Made by a program: the position numbers and the translations under genes. Below are positions 1-13,781 of a DNA stretch of 64,000 nucleotides, piece by piece. Below the pieces are notes generated by a model that did not search any database, was not told the origin of the DNA, and saw nothing but the letters and a program-made list of their open reading frames with translations. Position 1 is the stretch's first letter; every line of letters begins with the position of its first letter. Source of the DNA: the human T2T-CHM13v2.0 reference genome, Homo sapiens; assembly GCF_009914755.1 (NCBI RefSeq), contig NC_060928.1; one strand, given 5' to 3'.

Positions 1-1329
1 AATTATTAGACCAGGTGGCTAGTGTTTCTTCATTTTCTCAAGAGGTGGGAAAAATATAAGAATTTTCAGTCTAATAACAATTATATAAAATAGCACAAGG
101 TATGGGCAGGGGCGTGTGTGATGGCGGGAAAGCAGTGGGGAGGGAGGAGTTGGAAAAGAGGAAAGCACAGTCATCTTATATGGTTTTTTGGTTAAAACTA
201 TGAGAGATTTGTGGGTTTCACATCAGTCAACTTTCATTATTCTTGTTCCCATCTTCTCTGATTCACATGGTTTCAGTTTCTTTTGAGACGTCTTTGGTTC
301 AAAACTTTATGGCCATGAAACAGAGTTTTAAAAACAGTTTAAAATTTTTTTAAATTTTAAAACTGTTTTAAACTGTTTTAAAAACAGTTTAAAATTGACA
401 AAAAGTTTTGGAAGCAATCAGTGAGTTTTGCACAACTTTACTAGCAGTTATTTTTAGTGTGAAAAATGGTGCTATTCTATGATAAACATGGGTTAGGAAT
501 GTTTATGTCATTATTATGTAGCTACTTAGAGAAATAAGACCACAGTGTTACATATGTTTGTTGGAAATGGAACTTATTGGAAAGTTAAAAGGTGGAGATT
601 ATAATATATATACAATATGTGAGAAATATATTTTTTATATATGAGGAATATATTACATGGAGGCATAATTTCATTGTGTTGAAAACAGCATTTGCTTAAA
701 CTGGAGAAGAGATAGCTATTTTGCATTCCACAAATTGTATTTAATATTACATTTAAAAAATGATAACTTTCAACAGTTTGAGATCTCTTTTGAAGCCCAG
801 ATATAATTTTCATTGTGACAAAATAGGATGAAACAGGAAAGTTATTGAAAGATAGCATTGATTTAAAAAAGAGGTAAAAAGTATATTTTCTTGTGGAATC
901 AATTTTATATGGATGGCATAAATTTAATCCTTTGACTTATTTGTCTGCTAATCCTGTGATACATAATAAATTCATAGTTCAATTAATTGGATATATTGTA
1001 TATAGTGACTCATTTAAGGAAAATGAGCTATCATGATCCAGAAGTATTTATGGGGTGACTAAAAGTTCAAGGTGCTGGCTTTACAACATCAGTAAACAGA
1101 CTTTATACTTCTAGGAACTTAGATCTAAAATCAAAAAGAGAAAAAAAAGGAAGATGACATCAGAAGAAGGTTAAGCAATCAAAAAGTAATCATGCAAGAC
1201 ACATACCGGATGCAATAGAAACTAGATAATCACTCATTTCACAGTTCATTAATAAATATCTACTGGAGGGAGGAAAGGAAAGAAAATGTTTTGAGTACCA
1301 ACTATTACCAGGCACTGTAACAAATACTT

Positions 1330-1690
1330 TATATTCTCTCAATTACGGTGAAATGGAGGGCATAAGGCCAAGGCATCCGAGAGAAATCTGAACATATGAG
1401 GAAGAACATTAGCTTTCATTCAGGAGGAAAACACATGAAAAATAGGGAGTAGGTGACTGGGCAGAAGTGGAAGGTTTTTAAAAGGTAATTTTGGAAAGTT
1501 GGCTACCTGGGACTGTACTGTGGAGGGCTCTTTAGCACAAGCTCAGGCATGCTCATCTTTATGTAGGTAAGGGAACCTGAAGTGTTTTTCAGCAGAGAGA
1601 ATGTAAATGGCAGACACGATGGAGCCTGGCGAGCCATGGGGCCACGTGGAGATAGGGGGAGAGGAGAGTGGGCTTGACTTTGAAGACAGC
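1330..1690 (-). mobile_element. L2 LINE fragment, highly diverged
   Basis: Purine-rich stretch resembling the L2 antisense strand (e.g. gtaagggaacctgaagtgtttttcagcagagagaatg); recognised by eye. Confidence 0.45.
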
Positions 1691-2064
1691 GTTCTTACAT
1701 GGCTCTATAGAAGTAAGTTTTCTTTGAATAGCCCTGACTAGTAGTGATTTTATTCATTTAATTATCAATAATTCAGAGCCACAAATATTTTCTCTGGCTT
1801 GCTGTCTATCTAAAAGCATCTGATTGTGAGAAGTAAATGTCGAATAAATAAAATGTTAAATGTTTAGGATAGGCCAATGTTTAGAGTCAGTTGGTGGTGA
1901 TGTTCAAGGAAAGGTACACAAGAGTGTTCCTCTTCTCTTCCTCCTATTAAAACAATTTCTTGAGAGAAGTAGGAAGCAGGAATTTCCTGAAGTGAGGAAG
2001 GGCAGACACCTGTGACAACTTGGCAAGCGTGAAGATATTTGCACCCTCCATTTCTGGTCCCCAT

Positions 2065-2720
2065 AAATGCTCTTCAATCACTGCAGGCACGTCTGCCTCC
2101 TCCCCTCCACTCACACCACTCTTCTGAAGCTCCCTCATAAAACCCTCCTTTCTTTTTCCTTATCCTTCTTAACATCTTGTGGCTTTTTATGCAATTGTTC
2201 ACCTCCTCTCACCTCTCCAGCCAGATTTCTCTTAATCATCCCACATCTTAACAGGGGTGATTCTCAGTCATCAACAGTCAGTATGATTCTTATATCATTA
2301 ACATTCTTGAGAGTTAAATAGTTCCAGGAGATTGAGATCACTTAACTTTGCTAAGACCTCAAAAGCATACTATTTTATCCATAGAATACAGTTTTTGGAC
2401 TGACTGAAACATTTGCCAAAATAATTAATGAATTATTTCCATGTAGATTACAAGTCTTAGTTTCAGTGTCATCCATTCGGGTAGGTGCTCTCTGACCTTT
2501 AGGACAATGTCAGGCCACTTAGTGACATTAAGATGTCTTTTAGTAAGGCACCTTTTACTTCTTTTATAATAGTCATCTCATTTCATATTCGTTTGTACCT
2601 CATTGAGGATATAAACTGTGTCTTAGGTATTGACAACTGTCTCTCCAAGATTTAGCCCGGGTATGTGTTAAGAACTCAAAGAATACTTTTTTTTTTTTTG
2701 GTTAATTGATCAAATGCTAT
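2065..2720 (+). mobile_element. L2/MIR fragments
   Basis: Pyrimidine-rich L2-like stretch at 2065-2330, MIR-like core at 2340-2440, and an L2 3'-end-like stretch at 2560-2720. Confidence 0.4.
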
Positions 2721-5229
2721 GGACCTGTTCAAGTTCAAGAGATGCACTTTACCTAATATTTAATCTACAGAGCATCCTTTTTAGATATTCTTGCTTTTGC
2801 TTTATTTCCTCATTCATGCATCTAATTCCCACTTTCTCTTCTAGGCCATTTTTCTTTATAAACTTTTTTAAAAATATCACTCTATGAGCATTACTATGTG
2901 CAGCTAAGGAACAGACAGCAAAAAATCTGTGCTGAGCTATGCATGTAAGGCTTGAGGCTTGGCTTACAGGACAGTTAATCTTTCGGTCTTGGCAAAATTT
3001 CAAATCACCATGCATCTTGGGCCTTCAAATTTACTCACAAATTATTGGTACTACAATCTTTAATCTTATACTTTTCATATTAAATGCACTCTCTTCAGAT
3101 TTTTTTTTCTCCTGGGAAAGTCAGTGGCTGCAATTTTCACCTGTGTATCTCTAAACTTACACCGCTAAGCCTATTCTTTCATGTGAATCCAGCCCCACAT
3201 CTGATGGCAGCAGGATATTGGCTTTGGTTTGTGAAACTTAACACCTAAGGATTGTAGCATAATGTGGACATGGTATAGGGAGATGGGAGAACTGGCTTCT
3301 AGACCTGGTGGGGCCATTAACCCTCTAAGTGAATTTGGAGAATTGACTTCACCAGACATTCGGAGAAACCCTGAAGACTCCCTGCAACGCAGTTTTCTAA
3401 CCAGCCTGCTGAAATAATTCTGAACTCCGCTTAGTGTTTTGAATTGCTTTGTGTTTCTATTTGTACCAATCTGACATGGTAGTAAAACAAGGTGTAGAAG
3501 AAGCTTTGGCCCTGACAGAACCAAGCAAAACTGAGATATGTCTCAAGTTTACAAAAGTCGGTGCTGCTGCCGGGAGCCTTCATATTTTACTTTTCTTCAA
3601 CTCAAGCCTCTTGAGAGAATGGCCTAGTTAGAATAATATTAATCTAACACAAGTAAAAGAAAAATGAAACCAACTGCTTTTCTTTCTAAGCCCACAAAGA
3701 AACAGTAACTGGGCTTCTCTGGAGAAACGTAAAGTCAACCTCAGATGTGCTCACAGGCTGGATGAAGCCTAGGGGAAGCTAGGGGCTTAAGTGGTCACTT
3801 GAGGGGTATTCTTTTGAAAATTGTGTGGCTGAACTTACTTAAGCCTCTCTTATAGGAACAGCCACCCAGGAGAGTTTGTAACATAAGGGCAACCATACCA
3901 TATTGGGAGACAAAATAACAATTTTCTTGATGAAGTACACAGAGCAGAAAGATTTGTGCACTAGTCAACTTTCTTTTTTCATGCTTAAAGGGAAAATCAG
4001 TATTTCATATTCATGGTTTCTGATGTAACATTTTGCTAGGACAGTCAGAAGGGATTAATACTATTTGTTGTAAAATATCCACAGTGTTATTTTTATAAGG
4101 ATAACCAGACTGAGGATGATATTCTTAGGTTCCACCTGGTTTTCACACTTTTGGTGAAGTAAAATTTAATTGAGTTTTCAAAGGTAGGAAAATATTCTAT
4201 TGCTGGGAAATATAGCGTAAAGGATTTCTGCATGCTTCCTCTGGGTTTTTCCTGTGAGCTTTAAATTAGGATTTTCTGCCAATTTTCTGGCAGAAGCAGA
4301 GGAGACATAGCAGTTTTGCTGATGGTTTTGATTATGAATTGTCTATATGGCATCAATAAAAATAACTAGAACTAGGTCTGATGGGCACTGAACTTGCTTA
4401 AAATGCTAATAAAAATTATAAGAGAAGGGAACGAATCTTAAATTTTAGATATTTTTTCTTATAGTCCATATGGAAAGACCATTTCTGTTAAAAGTACAAT
4501 AACTAGAGAAGAATATGTTCTCTTCAAAGTGCCAATAAAAATTCAAAATGTCATTTTCCAGTGCAATTCGGCCTGAAATCAACCTGTTTTATGGTAATTA
4601 TGGGCTCTGGCACCAGAACATAGCAGAGCTTTAGAAACATTGAATGAGTGATTGAGTCCAACCTCCATAAATGTGAAACATATGAAATGATTTGGGTAAA
4701 GTAAAAACCAGAGAGCGTTGTCACCCTCCCTACCTTGAGCTATGCATAAAGCTGCGTTAATGTAGTGGAGTAGTCATATCAGAATGAGGGAGAGGGTGAG
4801 AAAAATATTTTCAGAACAATAGAAATAGCATTTGAAAAGCATCTTATGTGGTAGAGGGGAATTTTCTTGTAAAGGTATAAACTGTGAGAAAGAGATGATG
4901 ATGCCCAATGTGGGCAAAAAATGCCTTTTCATTGGCAAGATTCGGGTATATCACTATGAAAAGAAAACCATATATATTTCTTGTAACTACTGCAGCGGCA
5001 GGCATAAGGACCCGGTAATGCATCATCATATGCTACATGGCAGCTTATCAGGAGTGGCTACTCGAGCCAAGAGAAACGTGGCAACACTTCTTACTTGCTT
5101 CTCTTTTGCAAGCGTAACCTGAGCCCCTTGTGATACAGGTGTCTTGGCAAAAGGATTGCCTTAGATTAGTTTTAGCCTGTAAAACGGGAGAAAAATAAAA
5201 GCATTTCAATCTTATAGTGTTCAGATGTC

Positions 5230-6755
5230 CCAAATTATGGACCCAATAGAGTAGTGGCTGAATCTTCTTAAGTATTATTTATTTTTAAACAAATGTTTGA
5301 ATAGTAATATAACCATTAAAGATACTGAGCCAGTAGCAAAAAAAAAAAAAAAAAAAAAAAAAAATTCTTCCTACAAAGAAACCTCAAGGACCACATTTGT
5401 TTTTTAACTGAAGAGTTTTCCTAAACTCCTAAAACAGTAGTAATTAAAATACTCTGCAAATTATTCCAAGGCATATAAAAAAGGGGAAATCAGTTACTCA
5501 TTTGTTGATTCTAGCATAACCCTCATACAAAAACCTGACAAAGAGAATATAAGGAATGAGAATGACTGATTAGTCTCATTCATAAACATAGATGCCAGAT
5601 TCTTAAACAAAATATTAGTAAACCAAACGTAACATTGTATTTGAAAAAACTTCATGACCAAGTTGAGATTTTTTTTTTTTTTTGTAAATGTAAGTTGGGT
5701 TTAGCATTAGGAAATCAATTAGTGCAATTCCCCATACTAACAGATTAAAAAGTCAGACAACCATTTCGATGAGAAAGAAAAGGCATTTGACAAAATTCAA
5801 CATCCAATTGTGGCAAAAACTCTTAGCAAATTGGGAATTGAAGGCATATTCCTGATAAAGGGTATCTGGAAAAAAACTGTTCTAAATATAATTCTAGATG
5901 GTGAAATATTGAAAACATTCTGAATATGATTGGGAATAAAACAAGGGTATTTTGACATTGTACTGTAATCTGAGGTTAGTGAGGCAAGAAAAATAAATAC
6001 ATTTTATAAGGATAGGAAAGAAGAAAGACAACTGCTATTATTTGAAGATGATTTAATTGTGTATCTAGAAAAATTCCCCCTAATTCAAAGCTAAATTGTC
6101 AGAGTTTATAAGATAGCATTTAAAGATTGCTGGGTATAAAATCAGTTAAACATAAATTGTTTTTCTAGAAATCAACAACAAACAGTTAATAAGTGAAATT
6201 TAAAATGCCATTTACAATCATGGGAAAAATATCAAGCACCTAGAAATAAGCCTTACAAGCTTCAGCCAAGATCTTTATGAAAAAAATATGAAATTACATT
6301 GAAAGACATAAAAGATCTTAATAAAATGAGGCATTTGTCATGTTCAAGGATTGGAAGAATCAAACTTTCAATAGGTTTTGTTGTTGTTGTTGTTGTTGAA
6401 ATTTCACAAGCTGATTCTAATATTTATGTGGAAGTGCCAAGATGCAGATTAGCTAAGATTTTTTGATGAATAATGTGTGATCACAGTAGTTAAGTCAGTG
6501 TGGTGATGGAAATAAACAAATCGATCAGTGGAATGAAAAAAAGAACTCAGGAATAAACCCATACATACATGGGTACTTGATTTATAAGAGAGGGTTAATG
6601 GCCACTTAGTAGGGAAAGGATATATTTTTCGGAGTTGTGCTGAGATGATGGGTATGAAAAATGAAATGAATATTACTTCATGCCATGCACAAAAAACATT
6701 TCCAGGTAGATTAAAGACCTGAATCTTTAAAAGATTTAGAAGAAAATATCGGGGA
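5230..6755 (+). mobile_element. Old L1M ORF2 fragment (RT region)
   Basis: 6041-6072 tttgaagatgatttaattgtgtatctagaa reads FEDDLIVYLE (L1 [10 protein letters not shown]); aaggcatttgacaaaattcaacatcca reads KAFDKIQHP near 5780. Confidence 0.9.
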
Positions 6756-6759
6756 ATTC

Positions 6760-7870
6760 TCTGTCTCTCTCTTATTTTTCTTTTTCTCATCTTTCTGAAA
6801 GGAGATTTCCTATTGGTAGAGAATTCTGTGTTGGTGGTCTTTCAGAATTTTGAGTTTATTCCATTGTTTCTGTTGAGATTTCAGTTTTCATTCTTACTGG
6901 TTTTTGAAGGTTCTGTCTTTTTTCTTTGCTTTAAAAATGTTCCTGCCCTTTTTGGCTTTCAGGAGTTTAATAAATTGTGCTCCAGAGTGCATATATTTCT
7001 TTGTACTTATCCTACTTGGGGTTTATGCTGCCTTCTAAATCAGCATATTAATTTTTAAAAATGAATTTTGAAAGTTTCCAGCTATCGCCTCTTCAAATAT
7101 TTCTTCTGCCTCATTCTTTCTCTCATCTCCTTCTGGGAATTTGATTATTCCTATTTCAGGCTTTCTCATAATATCCTATGTCTCCTGCCTTCTTCTGAAA
7201 TTTCCATTATTTGTCCCTCCGTGTGTGTGTGTGTTTTGATATTTCTTTCTGATATATCTTCCAAATTCTCTTTTGAGCTTTGTCTAATCTGCTATTAAAA
7301 CCTCTCCATTAAATTTTAAATTTGGGTTATTCTGTTTTTCAGGTTTATGTTTCCATTTGGTTCTTTTCATAGATTTCAGTTTTCTCCTGAAATGTTCAAT
7401 TCTGTTCTTGATCTGCTTGGGAAAAAGAAGTATAGTTATTTTCAAGTCTATGTTTGATATTTCTGATATAAGAAGTTCCTGTGGGAATGTTTCTCTACTC
7501 CGTTGTTTCTGCTGGTTTTCATTCATATGTCTTGTATCCTGTATGTTTTGAAAAAATTATTTACTAGACATTGTAATTATAAAGTATTTTTTCTAGAAAC
7601 AATTCTAGGCCAAGGAGAATGTTATTTTTCTCTATAAAGTTTTCTTCTCCTAGGCATCTGGGGCCACTGTTATTCTAGGATCTTCTCAATTCAATTTCGG
7701 AAACTGAAATGATTTGACCGTTAACTTTAGTTTCCACAAGGCGTTGTTTCCTACTTACCCATCCTAATTCTGAGAATGCAGCCCTTCAGCATCCCAGTCA
7801 AGAAGAGGGATTCCAATGAATCCCTCCCCCTTTGATCACTAAGAATTATGATCTCTGTCTTCTTAGCCTT
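6760..7870 (-). mobile_element. Old L1M/HAL1-like ORF1 and 5' region
   Basis: T-rich strand with typical antisense ORF1 text (aagtttccagctatcgcctcttcaaatatttcttctgcc); minus-strand translation is coiled-coil-like (IKNRIEHFRRKLKSMK). Confidence 0.7.
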
Positions 7871-8516
7871 TCACACTGTCAGAACTAGTCCCAGGCTCAG
7901 TATTCTGATTACTTATTTTAAATATAACTGAGTATGGTTTTGCTACTTATTGTTGTATACCTCACATATTTGTCTTAAAAACATTTTTTCTTCCAATTAT
8001 GACACTTAGACACATTGTTTTGTGTTTCCTGTTACTACTTTTGTAAATTTGGGCATTAAAATTTTAAAACTAATTAGAGCTCTTTCTTTCCAAATTTGTC
8101 AGTTTTGCCATTTCTATTTTTCTTATTGAATTATTAGAGCTTTTTTTTCTATGTTTTGGAAAAAGAGAGGTTTTGTTGTTGTTTTTTACAATAAAAATTG
8201 GTTTATACTGTGTACGTTAATCTGTAACTTGTTTTCCTTTTTAAAAATATGTTGTGAATGTACCTCTGCAGTAGTCATTAATATAGTCATTTTTAGTAGC
8301 TACGTAGATTTTTCACAATATATTCAACGCTTTTCCTAGTTCTTAGACATCCTGATTACATAATAAATAAGAAAATAATTAATAGTAAATAAAATGATAA
8401 AGTACTAATTAATTATTGTATAATACATAACCTAAAGTGGGATTTTGGGGGTAAAAAAGTATATTTTATGTTTTGATTGATAAATATTGCCACATTACTT
8501 AAAATTTATTTTATTT

Positions 8517-8811
8517 GGCCAGGCGCGGTGGCTCACGTCTGCAATCCCAGCACTTTGGGAGGCCGAGGGGGTGGATCATCTAAGGTCAGAGGTTCAAGAC
8601 CAGCCTAGCCAACACGGTGAAACCCCGTCTCTACTAAAAATACAAAAATTAGCCAAGCATGGTGGCACACGCCTGTAATCCCAGCTACTCTTCTCAGGAG
8701 GCTGAGGCAGGATAATCGCTTGAACCCAGGAGGCAGAGGTGGCAGTGAGCTGAGAACGCGCCGTGGCCCTCCAGCCTGGGCAACAGAGCAAGACGCCCTC
8801 TCAAAAAAAAA
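8517..8811 (+). mobile_element. AluS (Sx/Sz-like)
   Basis: Complete dimer from ggccaggcgcggtggctcacg, with central linker and short A tail; similar aaaattt..attttattt flanks. Confidence 0.95.
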
Positions 8812-9469
8812 TTTTTTATTTTATTTTTAATTGACAAATAATAGTTGTATACATTTATGGAGGCAACATTACTTTAGAAAAAGTATATAGTAATTCATAC
8901 TCCTCTCAGCAATGTATGAAGGTCATATCTTGGTTATTTCTGTAATATTTTTTCATATTAACCTCAAAAACATTTTTTCAAGTTTCTCTACATTCCCCAA
9001 TAAACTTGAGAGTTTGTTTGGAATCCCACTAAATTGAAACATTATCATAGGCAGAATTAATCTCTAATCAACTTCTTTTGCAATATTAAATCTTTCACGA
9101 GAATATTGTCATGAAGGACATGACCTTGTTCACTGCTGTACCACTTATGCCTATTTTCCATATTTTCAAGCATATAGAAGGTAAATATTTGTCAAATGAA
9201 TAAAGTTTTTATTTTTCACATATGTTAATTATATATATAGATCTTCACATTTCTGTTTACATTTTTAAAAGATATTTTGTAGTTTTGTTGCTATTATGAA
9301 TAGGGATATCCATTTGATTTACACTTAAGGTATATTTTTTCAAAACTTTTAAATTTATTATTTAGTACAAGATACAGAAATTTAGAAAATAGAGAAGATT
9401 AAGAAGAAAATAAAAATCACCAATTATCCTATCATTGTTAATATTTTTCTGTATTTTCCTCCAGTTCTA

Positions 9470-9730
9470 CACATACACACACTCATATATGTATGTATAA
9501 TATATACACATATAATATGTATATATTATATATTATTATAATATGTATTATATATAATACATATATGTATACATATGTATACAATATCATATATAATACA
9601 AATATACAGTTTAATGAGCATTATACATATCATTAAACATATATTATATACCTATGTGTATATATATTATGTAATCAGGATAATTTATAATGTATAATGT
9701 ATACACATATATAACATATGTGTATATATT
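9470..9730. repeat. Degenerate (TA/CA)n low-complexity tract
   Basis: Seen directly: mosaic of tatata, atacac and atatgt units. Confidence 0.9.
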
Positions 9731-9876
9731 TTGTTAAACCTATGTTCAGTGTTTTGGGGGCCTTTTTTACATAACAAAGTTTCATGAGCATTATACATAT
9801 CATTAAACTTATTTGAAACATAATTGCTTTAATGGTTACATGCAGTTCCATTATTTAGCTATCTTATTATCTAACT

Positions 9877-10067
9877 CAGGAGTGTGCAATCTTTTGGCTT
9901 CCCTGGGCCACATTGGAAGAATTGTCTTAGGCTCCACATGAAATGTACTAACACTAATGACAGCTGACGAGCTAAGAAAAAAAAAATTGGAAAAAAAGTC
10001 TCATAATGTTTTCAGAAAGTTTACAAATTTGTGTTGGGCTGCATGGGCTGCAGGTTGAACACACTTG
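9877..10067 (+). mobile_element. MER30 (hAT-Charlie MITE)
   Basis: Starts caggagtgtgcaatcttttggcttccctgggccacattggaagaa; 8-bp TSD atctaact (9869-9876) / atttaact (10068-10075). Confidence 0.9.
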
Positions 10068-10256
10068 ATTTAACTATTCTCTGATAATCAGACATTTGCA
10101 ATGATAAGTTCCTCATTTTTCATAAAATAAATAAGTACTACTGTAGTATTACTATATTACACTGAAAATTTTAAATAAAAATATTGTGTATCTCTATTAT
10201 CTTTTCTAATAGACTCAGAAGTATAATTACTGGGTTAAAGTCTGTGGGAAAAAATA

Positions 10257-10776
<520 letters not shown>

Positions 10777-11676
10777 TGCCAGTTTGCTTTCTAGGAAGCT
10801 TTTGCCAACTTGCAATCTGGCCCAGCAAAGCATGGGAGTTTCAGTCTTCCAGCACATGTACCAGGCTTCGAAAAAGTTTGGCACATCTGAATGGGTCCCA
10901 AAGGCCTCTTGTTTTCATAATAATTTGACTTTCTTTGATGATTAATGAGGTTGAATTTTTTTCATAACTTTATTATTTGAATTTTCCCTCATGTGCATTC
11001 TCTTTTTGTCCTTTGCTCTTTTTGTTTTGTTTCCATTATAATGTTCGTGTTTTTTATGTTCTGATTTTGTAATGGGGAATATAGCTACCAGATGAGTTCT
11101 TACTGGCACATTTTCCCTACTCTAATGGATAAACATATTTCATTAATGGCAGGATACCAGCTTTAGGGAAAACTAGTTATTATTTTTACTTCCACTGCCA
11201 TTGGTCCTAGGAATTTTTTTTTTTTTTTGCATTACAACACTTTCTAGTTATGCTGTACTACTTACTGTAATGCTAAGTATAGGCTATTATATTCTTTAGC
11301 CGCATTATCATTTGGGTAGTGTCCTAGCTGAAATGGGATCTAAGGAAATGATATTTGCAATATGTTTTGCTGTTACGAATTGAAAAAGAATGCCTATATA
11401 TGCAGCGAATACTTATTTTGTAAGTTTCCACTTTTCGAAAATTTAATTGAGTTGTAATTTACTTACAGTGACCTCTTCATACCTTCAGTATACCATTTAA
11501 TCAGTTTTAACAAATACTTATCAAGACCCTAAATATTTCTACTTTTTTGCATTCTAGTGAAGTCTAATGGAGATGCATTGTTTAAACCTTTGTCTTTATT
11601 TCAACCTCATTTTTGATGGATATTTTCACTGAATATAAAATTCTGGTTTGATAATTTTTCTTCCTTCATTACCTTT

Positions 11677-12031
11677 TGATATCATTTGGCTCTGTGTCCC
11701 AACCCAAATGTCATCTTGAGTTGTGACCCTCGTATATCAAGGGAGAGACTTGGTGGAAGGTGATTGGATCATGGGGGCAGTTTTCCCCACGCTGTTCTCG
11801 TGATAGTGAGTGAGTTCTCATGAGATCCGACGGTTTAAAAGTATGGCACTTCCCCCTTCCTCTTGCCACCATATATGACACACCTTGCTTCCCCTTCACC
11901 TTCCGCCATGATTGTAAGTTTCCTGAGGGTTTGTCAGCCATGTGGAGCCAGAAGCCAATTAAACCTGTTTTCTTCATAAATCACCCAGTCTCAGGTAGTT
12001 CTTTACAGCAGTGTGAGAACAGACTAATATA
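11677..12031 (+). mobile_element. ERVL-MaLR solo LTR (THE1D/MSTA-like)
   Basis: Runs tgatatcatttggctctgtgtcc...gaacagactaatata; exact 5-bp TSD ccttt at 11672-11676 and 12032-12036. Confidence 0.93.
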
Positions 12032-12310
12032 CCTTTAATGATATTACTCTATCGTTGTGGCTTTTATTGTTTCTGACAAGAGGAAGGTCTAATTCTTATT
12101 TTTGGCCCCTGTATAAATATTTCCTTTTTTTCAGGCTGATGGAAGATTTTCTGTGTCCTCAATTTTTAGCAGTTTAGTAGTAATTCCCTAGGTCTGTATT
12201 TCTTGGTATTTTTCTGCTTGAGGGTATCTGAGATTCTTGAATCTGTGGTTTGTGGTGTTTCATGAATTTTGGGAAGTTCTTGAGCATTATATCTTCAAAT
12301 ATTTCTTGTG

Positions 12311-13781
12311 GTTCCTCTCCCCTCTCCCCTCTCTTCTGTCTCCCTCTCCGGCTTTCCACGGTCTCCCTCTGTTGCTGAGGCTGGACTGTATTGCCGCGAT
12401 CTCGGCTCACTGCAACCTCCCTGCCTGATTCTCCTGCCTCAGCCTGCCGAGTGCCTGGGATTGCAGGCACACGCCGCCACGCCTGACTGGTTTTCGTATT
12501 TTTTGGTGGAGACGGGGTTTCGCAGTGTTGGCCGGGCTGGTCTCCAGCTCCTGACCTCGAGTGATCTGCCCGCCTCGGCCTCCCGAGGTGCCGGGATTGC
12601 AGACGGAGTCTCGCTCACTCAGTGCTCAATGTTGCCCAGGCTGGAGTGCAGTGGCGTGATCTCGGCTTGCTACAACCCCCACCTCCCAGCCGCCTGCCTT
12701 GGCCTCCCAAAGTGCTGAGATCGCAGCCTCTGCCCGGCCGCCACCCCGTCTAGGAAGTGAGGAGTGCCTCTTCCTGGCTGCCACCCCATCTAGGAAGTGA
12801 GGAGCGTCTCTGCCTGGCAGCCCATCCTCTGGGATGTGAGGAGCCCCTCTGCCCGGCTGCCCAGTCTGGGAAGTGAGAAGCGCCTCTTCCCGGCCCTCAT
12901 CCTGTCTAGGAAGTGAGGAGCGTCTCTGCCTGGCCGCCCATCGTCTGGGATGTGGGAAGCGCCTCTGCCCGGCCGCCCCGTCTGGGAGGTGAGGAGCATC
13001 TCTACCCGGCCGCCACCCCGTCTGGGAGGTGAGGAGCGCCTCTGCCCAGCCACGACCCCGTCTGGGAAGTGAGGAGCGCCTCTGCCCGGCCGCCCCGTCT
13101 GGGTAGTGAGGAGCGTCTCCACCCGGCTGCCCCATCTGGGAGGCGGGGAGCGCCCCTGCCTGGCAGCTGCCCCATCTGGGAGGCGGGGGGTGCCCCCACC
13201 CGGCTGCCACGTCTGGGAAGTGAGGAGCCCCTCTGCCCGGCCGCCACCCCCTCTGGGAGGTGTACCCCACAACTCATTGAGAACGGGCCATGATGACGAT
13301 GGCGGTTTTGTCAAATAGAAAAGGGGGAAATGTGGGGAAAAGAAAGAGAGATCAGATTGTTACTGTGTCTGTGTAGAAAGAAGTAGACATAGGAGACTCC
13401 ATTTTGTTCTGTACTAAGAAAAATTCTTCTGCCTTGGGATGCTGTTAATCTATAACCTTACCCCCAACCCTGTGCTCTCTGAAACATGTGCTGTGTCAAG
13501 TCAGGGTTAAATGGATTAAGGGTGGTGCAAGATGTGCTTTGTTAAACAGATGCTTGAAGGCAGCATGCTCTTTAAGAGTCATCACCACTCCCTAATCTCA
13601 AGTACCGAGGGACACAAACACTGTGGAAGGCTACAGGGTCCTCTGCTTAGGAAAACCAGAGACCTTTGTTCACGTGTTTATCTGCTGACCTTCTCTCCAC
13701 TATTGTCCTATGACCCTGCCAAATCCCCCTCTCTGAGAAACAGCCAAGAATGATCAATAAATACTAAAAAAATTAAAAAAA
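12311..13781 (+). mobile_element. SVA retrotransposon (SVA_B-like), full length with short VNTR
   Basis: Degenerate CCCTCT head, antisense Alu-like domain (about 12355-12725), VNTR (about 12727-13262), SINE-R, aataaa and A tail; exact 14-bp TSD aaatatttcttgtg at 12297-12310 and 13782-13795. Confidence 0.97.

Noticed and set aside
1100-1175. Possible small exon after ttctag reading ELRSKIKKRKKRKMTSEEG*
   Set aside because: Lys/Arg content follows from A-richness, the donor gttaag is weak, and I see no partner exons or known protein match.
4832-5122. 96-aa ORF in unique-looking, slightly CpG-rich DNA
   Set aside because: Non-ATG start, no recognisable domain or splice structure; it may be a conserved non-coding element, but sequence alone cannot show that.
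12727-13262. Repeated units of about 40 bp resembling a CRISPR array
   Set aside because: The units are contiguous with no unique spacers; this is the SVA VNTR in a eukaryotic genome.
12626-13318. Overlapping ORFs of up to 214 aa
   Set aside because: They arise from the stop-poor, GC-rich SVA VNTR.
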